A model generated the notes under the pieces. The model did no database searches and was not told the DNA's origin. It saw only the letters and a program-made list of their open reading frames with translations. Position numbers and translations under genes: made by a program. A stretch of DNA of 63,563 nt, the filler included, from Rhabdomonas costata (taxonomy: Eukaryota): the NCBI GenBank assembly GCA_019059605.1. It is 25 parts of 25 records of this genome, joined end to end, with 100 filler letters (N's around TTAATTAATTAA, not from the genome) between each part and the next. Parts side by side here need not be neighbours in the genome. Positions count along the whole stretch, not along the records: positions 22,934 to 25,381 come from JAHMHO010003369.1; positions 25,482 to 27,928 come from JAHMHO010003370.1; positions 28,029 to 30,476 come from JAHMHO010003371.1; positions 30,577 to 33,023 come from JAHMHO010003372.1; positions 33,124 to 35,555 come from JAHMHO010003373.1; positions 35,656 to 38,102 come from JAHMHO010003374.1; 19 more parts are not named here. One strand, 5' to 3'. Shown here in pieces: positions 24,234 to 36,377 of the stretch; the first letter of the stretch is position 1, and each line of letters opens with the position of its first letter.

Positions 24234-25379
24234 TCACGATGGTGGAAGAAGGGGGTTCACCGGAGCAGTGGCACCGGACGGAGGGTTACCTCCAATGGCT
24301 CCAGCTCGAAGCGGAGAGTCCGGGCTGAAGTACACCAAAGTCACCTTGTCTGGGTTCAGTGGGAAGTTCCTCTCTACCTCATGAATGAGGTACCGTGACA
24401 TCGGCGGAAACAGAACCTCGTCCTCCTCAGGGAAGCAGCTCAGCGGAGAGACATGGGCAACCAACGCATTCTCGATCACAAAGTGAGTCGCAAAGTTGGG
24501 TGTGGGAAAGCCTCGGAGCCTCTTTCCATTGTCTGTATTGGTCAGCAGGATTTCCTTCGCCGCTGGGGGCGATTCTCCAGGTGAGGCCCCAATGCCATTG
24601 AACTCGGCCACACCAGGCAGCTCATAGTCATACGTCGTCCCTTCGATGTGACCTTTCCGCCGACCATTGCTAGAAGAGGCGGTGACAAAAAGTTCATCCA
24701 TGGCAATGCCAGGAAGCAGATCTTCCAGAAGGAAGTAATGACCCTTGTCCTCGGGCTCCTCTCCAACCCATTGAGGCTTTGAAAAGTTAGGATTGGCAGC
24801 AATCGCAAGCGATCGGCTCGCGGATCGAAAGTCATAGGTCGTCATGATCGTGCCCTCCTGAAAATGAGCCTTGGGGTCGTACTGCTGAGGGTTCGGGAAA
24901 AGCCATGCAACCACACGGTACACAGCTGTGGGCTTCCGGGCGAGCTCTGGGATGCAGGGAAGGTTCTCCAGGGCCCACGTCAGCAGGCACACCGCGGGCA
25001 TCACAAAATCCAGTGACGCAGCCGTCTTCCTTCCAGAGGGCCGAAGAGTGTTGTTGATCACTCGGTAGGGCGCTTTAAGAGCGGAGTCTTCCTCTCCCAC
25101 AGTCCACCACCGGCACGTTGCTACTGCAAGCATATCGCTGGGGTACCGCTCCTGGGCCCAGGTCAGGCACTGGTGAGCAAACAGTAAAGCATTTACACTG
25201 CCCGCACTGATCAGCCCGTTGGCGGCAATCAGAAGAGCATCGGGCTCATTCAGAATGCCCATGTACTTCTCCAGCATCTCTCTGTAGGACTGCTCCCAGG
25301 CCTTGTCCCGAGACACCGTGGCGCCGAACCCCATCTCAATAGGTTCTGGGAAATAAAGTGGATGTACAGATCGCCACAA
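24234..25379 (-). CDS. R-S-E class (ARTC/NAD:arginine-type) ADP-ribosyltransferase domain protein, 5' truncated, no intron in the visible part
   Basis: 381-codon ORF with WT..PYRVINNTLR, LLTWALENLP, VYR (about 24915-24923), FRSAS (24816-24830) and SCFPEEDEVLFPP (ExE at about 24408-24428). Confidence 0.82.
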   Translation of the reverse strand: MWRSVHPLYFPEPIEMGFGATVSRDKAWEQSYREMLEKYMGILNEPDALLIAANGLISAGSVNALLFAHQCLTWAQERYPSDMLAVATCRWWTVGEEDSALKAPYRVINNTLRPSGRKTAASLDFVMPAVCLLTWALENLPCIPELARKPTAVYRVVAWLFPNPQQYDPKAHFQEGTIMTTYDFRSASRSLAIAANPNFSKPQWVGEEPEDKGHYFLLEDLLPGIAMDELFVTASSSNGRRKGHIEGTTYDYELPGVAEFNGIGASPGESPPAAKEILLTNTDNGKRLRGFPTPNFATHFVIENALVAHVSPLSCFPEEDEVLFPPMSRYLIHEVERNFPLNPDKVTLVYFSPDSPLRAGAIGGNPPSGATAPVNPLLPPS

Positions 25380-25481
25380 CANNNNNNNNNNNNNNNNNNN
25401 NNNNNNNNNNNNNNNNNNNNNNNNNTTAATTAATTAANNNNNNNNNNNNNNNNNNNNNNNNNNNNNNNNNNNNNNNNNNNN

Positions 25482-25977
25482 AACCAGGAATCCGCAACAC
25501 ATCAAGCCCCTGAAACGGTATCCCGGGTTCTCCAGACCAAGCGCAATGCCTTAGGGTACGCAGGGGGGGGGGCTTGCTTTTCGCTTTTGGTTGCAAAGTA
25601 GAGTGGGGGAAGACAACGTGGAATGGAAAAGGTGCTGTGGAAAAGGAAAAGGAAATGTGGCGGTGTTACAGACAAAACTAAATCATAATCCAATTCGCCA
25701 CTATTCACATGTCAGCAACCTCCACAAGGCCTGTGGATGCAGACGGAAATGAAGACGAAATATTCACCAGCAGCACATCTTTAGGTTCCCAAGACCTCAT
25801 GGAAGGTGGCCCGACGGTAAATGCTCCTTGCATATTCTCCACTGCAAAAGAACCAGGAATCCGCAACACATCAAGCCCCTGAAACGGTATCCCGGGTTCT
25901 CCAGACCAAGCGCAATGCCTTAGGGTACGCAGGGGGGGGGGCTTGCTTTTCGCTTTTGGTTGCAAAGTAGAGTGGGG
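25482..25977. repeat. Exact 127-nt direct repeat (25482-25608 = 25851-25977), period 369 nt
   Basis: Direct comparison of the two copies. The first copy starts exactly at the contig start. Confidence 0.95.
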
Positions 25978-26679
25978 ATGGTAATGGGATTAGGACGGGG
26001 TTATCAAGGTGCGTGCCGTATTGCAAAGACAATTATCATCCGAAGGACAATAATGCATGGCAAAGGCAACTGAGAATGTAAAGAATAGAAATGTTAAGCG
26101 TGCACTTCTGCAGATTATGTTAAAGAACAAAGCTCTGCAAAAGAGAGCCTGCAAGTCTTAGGAAAGCAGAGGGGGGCTTCCAGAAAGTGGTCTTTTTCGG
26201 CAAAAAGAAACAGCAGGGCGGTAGTCTTGGCCCTGCTTACCATTCCACTGGATCTTCAGATCTTCATATTTATCGCGCTGCTTTGGAGGCGAGTCTAAAA
26301 CCAGCCATAATTGCTTCCTGCTATTTGGGCACCAGCCTTCACCCAGGATCGGGCTCTGGGGTAACAGAGAGCGGGCCGCTCAGGGCGACCACCCATGCCT
26401 CTGCAAGCGCTCTATCCCCTTCTGGCTGGCAACAGATGGCTAAGAACTGACGTTCCACCACAATTCACCAATCCCGCACTTGCAAAAAGAAGCAGAGCGA
26501 AGGAAAGAAGAGAACTGCAATTGTTCCTGGTCACCCCACCCCCCACTAAAAAAGAATCTGACGTTGTGCGCGGAGCCTGATATGCAAATAAAAACCATAT
26601 CGGACACTGACAACAGTGCAGTGCGGTGCAGTGCATTCTGGTAAACGTCACGGAGGGCGGGGAGACTGATATCGCGCGA

Positions 26680-27865
26680 GCGGGGGGTTGCACTGGGGCG
26701 CACCAATCACCGACTGGTGCAGAGAAGCGGGTTTCGCATACTTTCGTCGCCCCACCCACACACTCACTCACTCACTCACGTTCTTTCCCGCAAGTGCTTC
26801 AATAATTCGAAAACCCTTGGGGGACCTTCTAAAAAACAACACCTGGTACTCGCCTGCCTTGGGCGTCTTGGCTTCGTTTCAGTGTGGGCAAATGATGTGT
26901 TCATTCCGGGGACAGTTTTACTTCTTCCCCGGGTCTTTCCAAAGCGAGTTGGAAGAAAACACACTGAAGATAAAAACCACACTGGTCAGGGGAGTCCGCG
27001 TCTCCTTTCGGGGCCATTTTATCCTCACAGGTTGCCAAAGGAAGGACCTATGCCCTGCATGCTATGCGCAAAGAAAGGCAAGGAAACCGCATAGTGCAAG
27101 AAAAAGAGAGGCGATGAAGCGGTTATGCGGAAAACGAGGGTATCCCTCGAACTCCAAGCTATGTCACAAGGGCAGGCGCGGGGAGGAAAAAAGGGAGGTT
27201 GGGGCAGGCACGCGCAAGGTGTGCATGAAACAAATGGGAGGCAATGACACATGAGAGGCAATGGGCAGAGCACAGCGACATGGGGGTCCCACTTATTGGC
27301 AAGGGGAGTGAAGGCGGGGGAGGGGTGACCTCAAAGACGGGATGCATGTCATGGAGAGCCGTGTTAACCTCATTGATGCTATCCAGGGGCGCGGATTAAT
27401 CTGTGTGCACATGTGCTTGTGAGGGCGAGTCTTGCGGCTAACACATTCGTCGCAGGGGTGACCGAACCAGCAATGCCTCACATGCACCAAAATCGATGGA
27501 ATTTGGTGCGACGGTTACTCCTGGGGCACTCTGGCGAACATCAGGGTGGGGGCTGATGGCGGTGGTATGGAGTAGTATCATGCGGGTGGTGGGATGCAAT
27601 GCAATGGGTGCACCAATTACCGACTGGTGCTGGGGAGCCTGGCTCCTCGGCTCACTGACTCACTCACACAGTCAGTCACCCCTCTCTCCAAAAGTCCTCC
27701 AACAACGCAACAAAATCCTCCAAAAATGCAGCAAAAAAAAACAGCAGGGACTTTCGAAACATGACACCAGGTATTTGCTTGCCTTGGACGACTTGGCTTC
27801 GTTTTAGCCTGATTGTGTCTCTTGCCGGATCGTTTACACCGCGTCAGGATCTTTCCAAACCGCAT
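26680..27865. repeat. Diverged tandem duplication (about 26680-26945 vs 27590-27865)
   Basis: Collinear shared blocks GCACCAATYACCGACTGGTGC, (CACT)n, ACACCWGGTA..GCCTTGG..CTTGGCTTCGTTT and TCTTTCCAAA. Confidence 0.8.
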
Positions 27866-28125
27866 GAGGGTTGCCTGCCAGATGGGGTTACACAAGCAGG
27901 TTATGGGAAGTGGCAGAGCAAAAAAAACNNNNNNNNNNNNNNNNNNNNNNNNNNNNNNNNNNNNNNNNNNNNTTAATTAATTAANNNNNNNNNNNNNNNN
28001 NNNNNNNNNNNNNNNNNNNNNNNNNNNNTTGTGTCGACTTTCCTTCGGTTTCGGACCAGTGCCGCCAGTTTTGGTCTTCGCCGTCTTCGCGCATGCCTTT
28101 CTCTCGCTCAAACGCCGCTGCTCAG

Positions 28126-29832
28126 AATGCGTGACATTGCGGGCAATGTGTACCTCGCGAAGGCGTACAAGAAGGGGGCCCAGCCGCAGCAGTACTTCGC
28201 AGACGCCTCGATGCAGGCCATGTGCCAGTGCTTTGCGGCGTGCTACAATCAGCGCTCGCCCCCCAAGCCCGTACGCTTCGTCACCGCCCACATCCTGCGG
28301 TGTGAGCCTCTGACCCATTCTTTTCACCGGCTCTGTCTCTCTGTGTGAAAAAATACAATCGGGTTTAGAATGCTTCATTTTTCTGTTACTCATTGGACTG
28401 TGTTCTTTGTGTGCTTTTCTGTTCCCTGTCCCCTCATATCTTTGCGTTCAGTCCGGGAGCGGGATTGGAATTCGAGCAAACATACCTTTTATTTCTTCAC
28501 TCGCATACTGGTTGTGTCTTCATGACGTCTGCGCGGGTGGTTCCTGTTGAACAGGTGCCTGCAGCGCCCGGGGCAGCCCGTGATGGCGTGCGAGCGGCTT
28601 CTCAGCGGAGAGTTCAAGAAGTACAACAACAACGCCGGGTACACCTCGGACGACGACAGGAACACCCCACAGGTGTCTGCGAGCCTTCATCTTTGGATGC
28701 TCCTAGGCTTCAAAGTGAGCTGAGCCAGACTCCTGCTTTGCAGATGTCACCCTGTGGTGCTTCGGTAGACGTGTTCCGATGGTGGACCAAATCCCCTCAA
28801 CAGCAACCACATTAACGTAACCTTTGTATTCCTCGACCAGCAACGTGTTCGAAAATATCGTCAGCGGCCCCCGCCCCCTCCCTAGCACCTCTCTCGGCCT
28901 TCTTTGAATCTTTCTGTGCCCAGGCCTTCTCACACTTCACGTACGTCCTTTCCAACGGCCAGGCCATTGTGGTGGACATACAGGGCAGCACCGCCGACGT
29001 CTACACTGACCCCCAGGTGCCTGTCTGTGTGCGGCCGTATAGCCGACCACCTGGTCTTCCCTACGCACCCTTTTTCGTGTTCGGGAGGGTCCATCGCCTT
29101 GGCTTGGTTCATCTCCCGATTGGATGGAGGTGCTTCTTCCAGCAGGTTCCCTCCGTGACCACCTGCACCATAAATATAAAAGACTGGGAATCTGGTTCTT
29201 ATGCAAGTGGAAGTGCAAAACTGACTCCCGAAAGGCACGCGGGAAGCCTAACATCACCCACAACCGACCATCTGCGCTTGCACACGTAGCCTAACTTCGA
29301 CCATTCTCGGGGATGTCTTCAGATCCTCAATTCTTCATTGCTCCACCTCTACCTCCACATTCACACCCACATGAACAGTGAATTCCTACGTGGCTTGTAG
29401 ACACAACATCGGCAGGCATGCACGACCTAGGAGCTGCATTTTGTTGGGAGCGGGGTGAAATAGGGAGCAATGTACTAGCTCGTCGGTCAGAAAAGTGCGG
29501 ATTACGGGACTCTTCCATCCGCCTCTATCGGCAGCTGCAGCCAGAGCAAACAGCGCGGTTCCCTGAGCGTAGTCCATTTTGCAACACTTGCCCTCTTGCT
29601 ACTGCTACAGGTGCACTCGCCGGGGATGCAGTACGGTCAGGGCGACCTGGGCATGCGCGGGATCGCGCTGTTCTTCGGCACCCACAAGTGCAACTCCATC
29701 TGCATTGGCCTGGGCCTGAGCCAGTTCCAGGCCGACTTCGGGGGCACCCAGATGGCCCTGCCGGGCTTTGCGGGTGGCCTCAACTTCGGCCTCGGCGTGG
29801 GCGGGAGCACCGGTGGCCTGCTCACGTTCTAA
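28126..29832 (+). CDS. Alpha-kinase (eEF2K/MHCK family), C-terminal catalytic domain, four exons
   Basis: YLAKAY, MQAMCQCFAACYN, ERLLSGEFKKYNNNAG, PQAFSHFTY..IVVDIQG..YTDPQVH, YGQGDLGMRGIALFFGTHKCNSIC (Zn-binding motif), stop at 29830-29832. Confidence 0.96.
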
Positions 29833-32287
29833 CGCCCTCCCGGTCGCACCGCATGAAAGGCGAAGGGAGATCGGGGGACAAGCTTTGCTTTTGTAGGTTG
29901 TCCTTTCTTTCTTGGAAAGGTGGCAGCGTTTTTGGGTCTTTTTGTTAACCTCTGTTATTACTGCTCCTTTTTTGTATGTGGTTCGCTTTGGTTGGTGGCC
30001 CAAAGTTTGCGGAGAGTTTTTGGATAGTGGTGAAGGATCTGTTGGATAGCGTTCTTCTTCTGTGAGGGTCCTCGACAGTGAACTTGGGGCTGTGCTGTAC
30101 AGCGTCCATCTGTAACGCATTAGGCGAAGGTGATTTGGTGCTGCCGTCTTTGGCTCAGTCCGTGGTTGCTCACTCAATTGCCCCAGCAAGACAGGCTGTC
30201 TTTTTTTTTGGGGGGGGGGGCTAATAAAGCGTAGGTTTTCATAGGCAAGGGAATGCTTCGGGATAGCTTCGCGAGGTAACCGATGCAGTGGTTGCAGTTT
30301 TCCTACGCGGTCTGTCGCAGGACCCCTCTACCCGCTTGCTAAATTGCTAAAACCGAACCCCCGCCCGCTTTAATAAAGCACCTCAAAAGTGTGCTAGCAC
30401 AGTTTTTATGCGCGCACCCTCTCTCTTGCAACGCCTCATTTTCCAGGAATCCCTACGAACCAGTTTCACGACCCCANNNNNNNNNNNNNNNNNNNNNNNN
30501 NNNNNNNNNNNNNNNNNNNNTTAATTAATTAANNNNNNNNNNNNNNNNNNNNNNNNNNNNNNNNNNNNNNNNNNNNGTTGTTTGGGGCCCTCTCGTGGCG
30601 ATTAGCCCTTCGAGGGGTTTCACTTCCCCAATTAGGTCCCCCCGCGGCGACCCAGAGAAACCCTCCAATCCGGTGAATAGCTCCCAGGGATTGCCCCCTC
30701 AGCCTTTCCCACAGGAGCAGTTGCAGTCACAGCCGCAGCATGAAAAGCCAGCGGCCGATGAAAGTGCGGATCCCTCTTCCGTCTCAGAAGCTTTTCCCGC
30801 CCACCAGCAGACAAAGCACTCGAAACAAAAGCATGTGGCTATTCAGTGTGTCGATCCCCCTTCCGCACGGAAGCACCCCACTGACAGGCAGCTTCCGCTG
30901 CAGCACAGGCCTACGACCTGCAGGGTCGTTCTCCCGCCTTCCGCCCCAAAGGCTCCCACGGATTCCACCTCTAAGGAAAAAAATGCAGGACACAGCAACC
31001 TTCAGGCTGAGAACCGAACGCAGCTTTGCTGGGGTATCAGCTGGGGTCTGTCCACTGCCCTCGAAACTGTCCCCCGCGCAGCCGTACAGCGAAAACGGAA
31101 GCTGGTAGAGGCGGAGCAGCCCATCCTCCGCACCGCACAGCACGTAGGCTCCATCAGGGGACCACTTCGCACTCTGAATTCACCGAACCCCTCTCGCAGC
31201 CACACAAAACAGAAAAGGAACGTTTTCCTCCATTCGATTCAATTTCCATTCATTTCCATTATCCGATCATCCGGCTCTCCACGAACATCTATTTGCACTT
31301 CACAACCTCCACCCTTCCTCCAATAGATTCTGTGCTGTGCTCACCTCCAAAAATCCAATGAACTCCAACTCTGGTTCACACCCTACAAATTGACCATTGC
31401 TCTGCTTTAGTCTTCGTTTTCTGGTGCAAATAGACGATCAAAGTAATTTTGAGGCTCAGCTTCACTGCAACCTGAAGCAGGACGGTAGACATCATCATAT
31501 TCATAGCTTTCCATTGGCTTTCTCGTGCCAGCAAAAGGTAATAAACACAATTAAAAACGTACGTTGAAGAAATTCAAACTTGTCAAAGTTGAGCCCTTGA
31601 TGTCGGAGGAGTCCGAAGAGCAAATCTTTGCAAGTCCAAGCTCCGTCATTGCGGTATTGCGTTAAGAAAAAAAAAAGAGAAAGAAAAAAGCGTACAAACT
31701 CGCAGTCTTACGGGAATGAGAGCAAAAGAGCGTGAAAGTCGATTGCTTATTTTCGTATTCGCACTGCCTTTTGATGTTGTGCTGTTGTGATGCAGTGCCT
31801 TTTCTTCTTTGACTTGGGGACAGTTGCGTTAATGATGATGATGTCTTGATGTTGCCGTGTTGAAATTTGTCTTTCGGGCAGAAAGCTAGACAAAACAGAA
31901 GAACTGGAAATTGAACCCTGTATTCCCAAAGCTAGACTTGGTTCCCCGTCCATTAAGCAACGAAAATCTGTCCAGAATTGTCCTGCGCAAGCTGCGTTTT
32001 GAGGTGCACTTCAGCGTTTGCGAAATGGGGTCAAGGCAGACCAATTACACTTCACGGACCAGCATCATAGCAATTGAAATGCCTCCCTGCCACTATGAAA
32101 AATGCAATAAGAAAGAACAGAAGGGATCGCACGGCAAGTTTTTCACTTGGGGAGAAAGCAATAAAGGTTATCCGAAGGGAAGACAAACCCAGCTTCGGAA
32201 CACAATGGGTGAGGAAGTTTCTTTTTTTTTTCACAAACTGAACCCAACCCTGGTTTTTTGAAGGGGCGAAGAGGCATGATGAATGCT

Positions 32288-32920
32288 TCAGCTCGAAAAG
32301 TACCAAACCAGGATGACAACTCCGAAAATTGCAGCAATCAGCACTTGCAACTTGGCATTCTTCCACCACATTTCTCGGCGAACTCGGACCGCCGTGCGTT
32401 GGAATCCCACTGCTTGGGATTCCATCTCCTCGGTGCGCTGCACCAAATTCTCAATGTTTTCGCCGCGCTGAAGAAGTTTGTCCAAGTTGTTGACCATCAC
32501 ATCCTTCACCTTGCCCAGCTCCCGCTGAACTACCTTGATCTTGTCCGTGTTGTTTTCGTCAGAGTAGAACGCCATCTTGTCCACAAGCACGGCCGTAAAT
32601 TGGGAGCAGACGTCTGCGTTTAGTCGCTCAACGGGCTCCACATACATGCGGAGAAATGTCGACTTTACGTCTTCGAGAAACGAAAACGCCACCCTTCGAT
32701 CAGCAGTCTCCTCTGTGGTGCAGGCGAAAACGAGATCACGGTGAACTAGGAAGTGGAAAAGGTGACCTTCAAAGACGTAGGACATCCGCGTAGTGGAGCG
32801 CGCTAGTTTGGATACAATTTTCAGTGATTCTTCCTCAAGACGAGGCAAAGCTGGTGTGCTGTTCTGCGAACACAAGACATCCTCGGAAAAGGTGGTCACC
32901 AAGCTGAAAAGAATGGTCAT
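32288..32920 (-). CDS. VAMP7: VAMP7-like longin R-SNARE, complete and intronless
   Basis: MTILFSLV longin start, RMSYVFEGHLFH, RRVAFSFLEDVK, SNARE motif VKDVMVNNLDKLLQRGENIENLV (zero-layer R), MWWKNAK and a C-terminal TM helix. Confidence 0.93.
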   Translation of the reverse strand: MTILFSLVTTFSEDVLCSQNSTPALPRLEEESLKIVSKLARSTTRMSYVFEGHLFHFLVHRDLVFACTTEETADRRVAFSFLEDVKSTFLRMYVEPVERLNADVCSQFTAVLVDKMAFYSDENNTDKIKVVQRELGKVKDVMVNNLDKLLQRGENIENLVQRTEEMESQAVGFQRTAVRVRREMWWKNAKLQVLIAAIFGVVILVWYFSS

Positions 32921-32972
32921 TGTGAAGAGAATCGGCTGTCGGGTGAGCAATAAAACAAAACACAAAAAAATG
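32921..32972 (-). promoter_or_regulatory. Candidate spliced-leader trans-splice acceptor (T-rich tract, then AG 15 nt upstream of the VAMP7 ATG)
   Basis: Minus strand reads tttttttgtgttttgttttattgctcacccgacAG|ccgattctcttcacaATG. A 5'-UTR cis intron cannot be excluded. Confidence 0.5.
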
Positions 32973-33269
32973 AAACGGTGAACGAACATTTTTTTCTGTT
33001 TTGTTTTATTGCTCAACCAACACNNNNNNNNNNNNNNNNNNNNNNNNNNNNNNNNNNNNNNNNNNNNTTAATTAATTAANNNNNNNNNNNNNNNNNNNNN
33101 NNNNNNNNNNNNNNNNNNNNNNNGGTGTTGGGTGCAGGCATACCATTATCTCCTGCAGTTAATTTCTGTGACCCTGTGGGAATATTTGAGACTAGGTATG
33201 CCTGCACTCCAACACTTCAACAGCACACATCAACCCACAAGCGAACTCCAAAGAACGGCAACGGCACCT

Positions 33270-35540
33270 CAAAGGAGGCCGAGTGGAAAGTGAGGCAACA
33301 GGAGCCCCGAGGCGGGGCCTGGCGGAGAACGGCGGCCGAGGGCAGGAAGCAGCGGTGGGCGGCAAACTCTGCCATAGACGGGCGGACTCCCTCCTCGCAC
33401 CACAGCTCCGCTGAAAAACGGGTGGAGAGGGGCGCACAGAAGACAGGGGAACGAGAACAATCCCACAACCATTGCAGACCTCAGCAGACATGACGCCCAC
33501 ACGCCCACATAATTATATAAACATACATGAACATACATGCGGTTCGAAGGGGAGGAGAAGATGGACCAGGAAACCTAACATCTAATAACTCTAACCTCCC
33601 TCATCGCTGCTCCGCAGGATCTGGTAGGTTGACCTTGCGTGGTTGACACGCAGATATAGTACCGGCCTTGTGTGGATCCCTCCCGCCTTCTATACTCAAT
33701 TCAGTATCTGGAGCACGGTAGAGGCGCAACCGAGGGGCCAATGCGCTTAGTTCTTTTTTTTTTTGCCAATGTGGGAACGGATGATGCCTTGTTGCTTTTC
33801 TCTCTGTGCCTTTGTCTCGTGTAGACGCACCTAAACTCTATGCGGAACCCACAACGCCCTGTATCCACTCTAGTTCCGCTTCTGCTCGCCGGCTGGTTGT
33901 AGGTCTATTCTCCGCCATAAAACGCGATTTTTCATGTTTTTAAGTGTTTTGAGAATACCTGTTGGTGCGAATATGCAGACTGCAACGCAGTTAGGCGGGG
34001 GGATAAGCGTTGCAGTGGCAGTAAATTCGACATTCCTAAGGTGAATGCCCACAGACGGGCCCACAGCTCCACCGCCTTCCGCAGCACAGCAGGGGGCAAC
34101 AAGATATGCCTCACGGCGGGGCTGACGCGCAGAGCGGAGGCGCTCCCAGGCCCCTCAGCCCCAACGGAAACCCCGCGGAGGGGAAAGCTCCACCCAAACA
34201 GGCCCTGCATTCACACCCACGTTCACCCAATGATCAGACTGTACTGACGGTTTCGCTCGACCAACACCACATTCGAGGTTGCGCCTCCAGAGTTGCTGCA
34301 CTTCTCAACCACCTTAAAAGGTGGACGGTTAGGCAGCAGCAGGCCTGGGGTCTTTTTTAATTACCCCAGGACTCCCGAAACGCTGTTTGGCCGGTCCTTG
34401 GGTTCAGAATTTTAACCTTTCACCCTCGGCCGGCTGTGGTTCCCTTGGCGGCTCTTTCGTATCCCTAATGGGTGTTTTTTGCCCACGTAGCGGAGGGTTT
34501 ACTCCAGCACCCACAGCAAATTTAGCAAAAAAAAAACGCCCACACCGAAAGAGATTAGCAACTGGCTCTTGGCCACCTGCATTATCAACCTCCCGTTCAG
34601 ACATGCAACAACGATACGCACATTATTTGTTCAAGGTGAATTCCTTAATTTTGTTTGAGAGGGGTTGGTTGCAGTACCACGTTCCCCCGGTTTGGTAGCG
34701 ACGTACTTTAAGCGCCCCACCCAACCTCCTGCAGACCCGGAATCTCATGAAGTCCAACAACTCAGAACGGAGCACCGAAGTAATACTCCAAAGTACACCT
34801 TTGGAACCGGGAACCTGTCGGGACAATGGGAAAGCAAAAACAGCCGAACCACAAGAAGCGAACCTCCAGGGGGTCCAGCTCGGCAGCATCCAGGAGGGCC
34901 TCCAAGAGAAGGGCGGGTGCCCCTCCTTGGCGGGGCCCGCCAACACGAGCAAAAAGCCGAGTGATGGTGAAGTTCGAGGCGGATGCCCCAGCCCCATCAG
35001 AAGCGGTGAAGTCAAGCTTGCTTAGCGCACTGCTGGTGGTCTGAAAACGAGACATCAGCAATGAGAGCTGTTGCATTTAAAAGTATCCCGGTACAAATAA
35101 GGCCGGGTGACAAACATGAAGCCTTCGTATCGCTTTTCTGCCCCGAGTGAATTCACTGGATGACCACCAACCGGCTAATGACAGAACGATTACATCGCGT
35201 CAAAACCGCACGGACCACGACGACCATCAGGTTCGGATTGACCCTTCTCCGGACGTCCCACTTTAATGGGCTTATCCTTCACCCTTTCTCCATTGGCACT
35301 AGTCGGATGGACTGTGTCCACACACGCAGATAACCGAACAGCAGGAATAAGGTACCAGGACAACGGCCTCAGGATCCAACCCAACAGGCGGTCCCATCAC
35401 AGTGTAGGCCCTGCCGTGGGCGCATGGAGCCAGGGCCATCGAGCGCCGCGCGGGGTGGTAGTGCTTGGGGTCGCCGTGCAGCCGGCCCACCATGGGGAAC
35501 AGCGAGAACCGCGCCGTGGAGAGGAGCTGCTCGGAGGGCG
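33270..35540 (-). CDS. Hypothetical multi-exon protein with weak resemblance to a pepsin-fold C-terminal lobe
   Basis: GC-rich exon-like blocks including WSFPLRGVSVG..LRVSPAVRHILLP and LTFHSASFE. No DTG/DSG motif, and the exon chain was not fully resolved. Confidence 0.3.
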
Positions 35541-36377
35541 GGCTGCACAAAACCCNNNNNNNNNNNNNNNNNNNNNNNNNNNNNNNNNNNNNNNNNNNNT
35601 TAATTAATTAANNNNNNNNNNNNNNNNNNNNNNNNNNNNNNNNNNNNNNNNNNNNTGTTGGGGGTACATGGGCAACAGTGTCGCTTGGGTGGTTTGCTTG
35701 CTTTAGTGGTTGCGATGGTTGGTGTTGTAGTGGTTGGTGTTGGGTTAGAGAACACATTCTGTCTCTGGCTTACGACCTGACGCGTGCTGCTGACGTGCTT
35801 TTCGTAATCTTTCATTTGTGGGTTGGCAACTGCCTTCTCGCAACACCCTGAAAGTTGTAGCGTTGTGTGTGGGTCTGCATGGTGGTGGGGCATGGGGTGT
35901 TGTTCACCGCTGAAGAACCCCGAAGATGCCTCTGGTGCACGTAAGGGTGTTGGCAATGTCAGCTTAGGCTACGATGCATGCCTGGTGATGCCGATAGTAA
36001 GATAGAGGGACATACGCTACGCTTCTACCAGTATGACTGCTGTGATGACCGCCTATCTTGGAGTCATCTGGTGGCAAGGGGAGTGAGGCCCGCTGTAAGT
36101 GAGGACCGCAAGCGATGTCGTCCCTCCTAGTCGCTCATGGTCTCACTACGCCAAAAGGACCCAACTAACTTTGCACCCACCTTACACAGATGTCGTGGGG
36201 CCCCTAATTTTAAGTTTTCGTGGCCCCACATTAAACTTTGAACAGGTCACACTGAACTTTGAACTAAACTTCGACGTCAAATCTTGCTCCAGTTTCGAGA
36301 ATTTTTTTGATATTTTTGCCACATCGAATTTTGAGGTCGCCTGCTTCTTTTCTCGTCTCGCCTCATCTCTTCATCAG

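Noticed and set aside
30595..31326. 243-aa Pro/Gln/Ser-rich ORF
   Set aside because: Low complexity with no motif and no confident exon boundaries, so coding status is unsupported.
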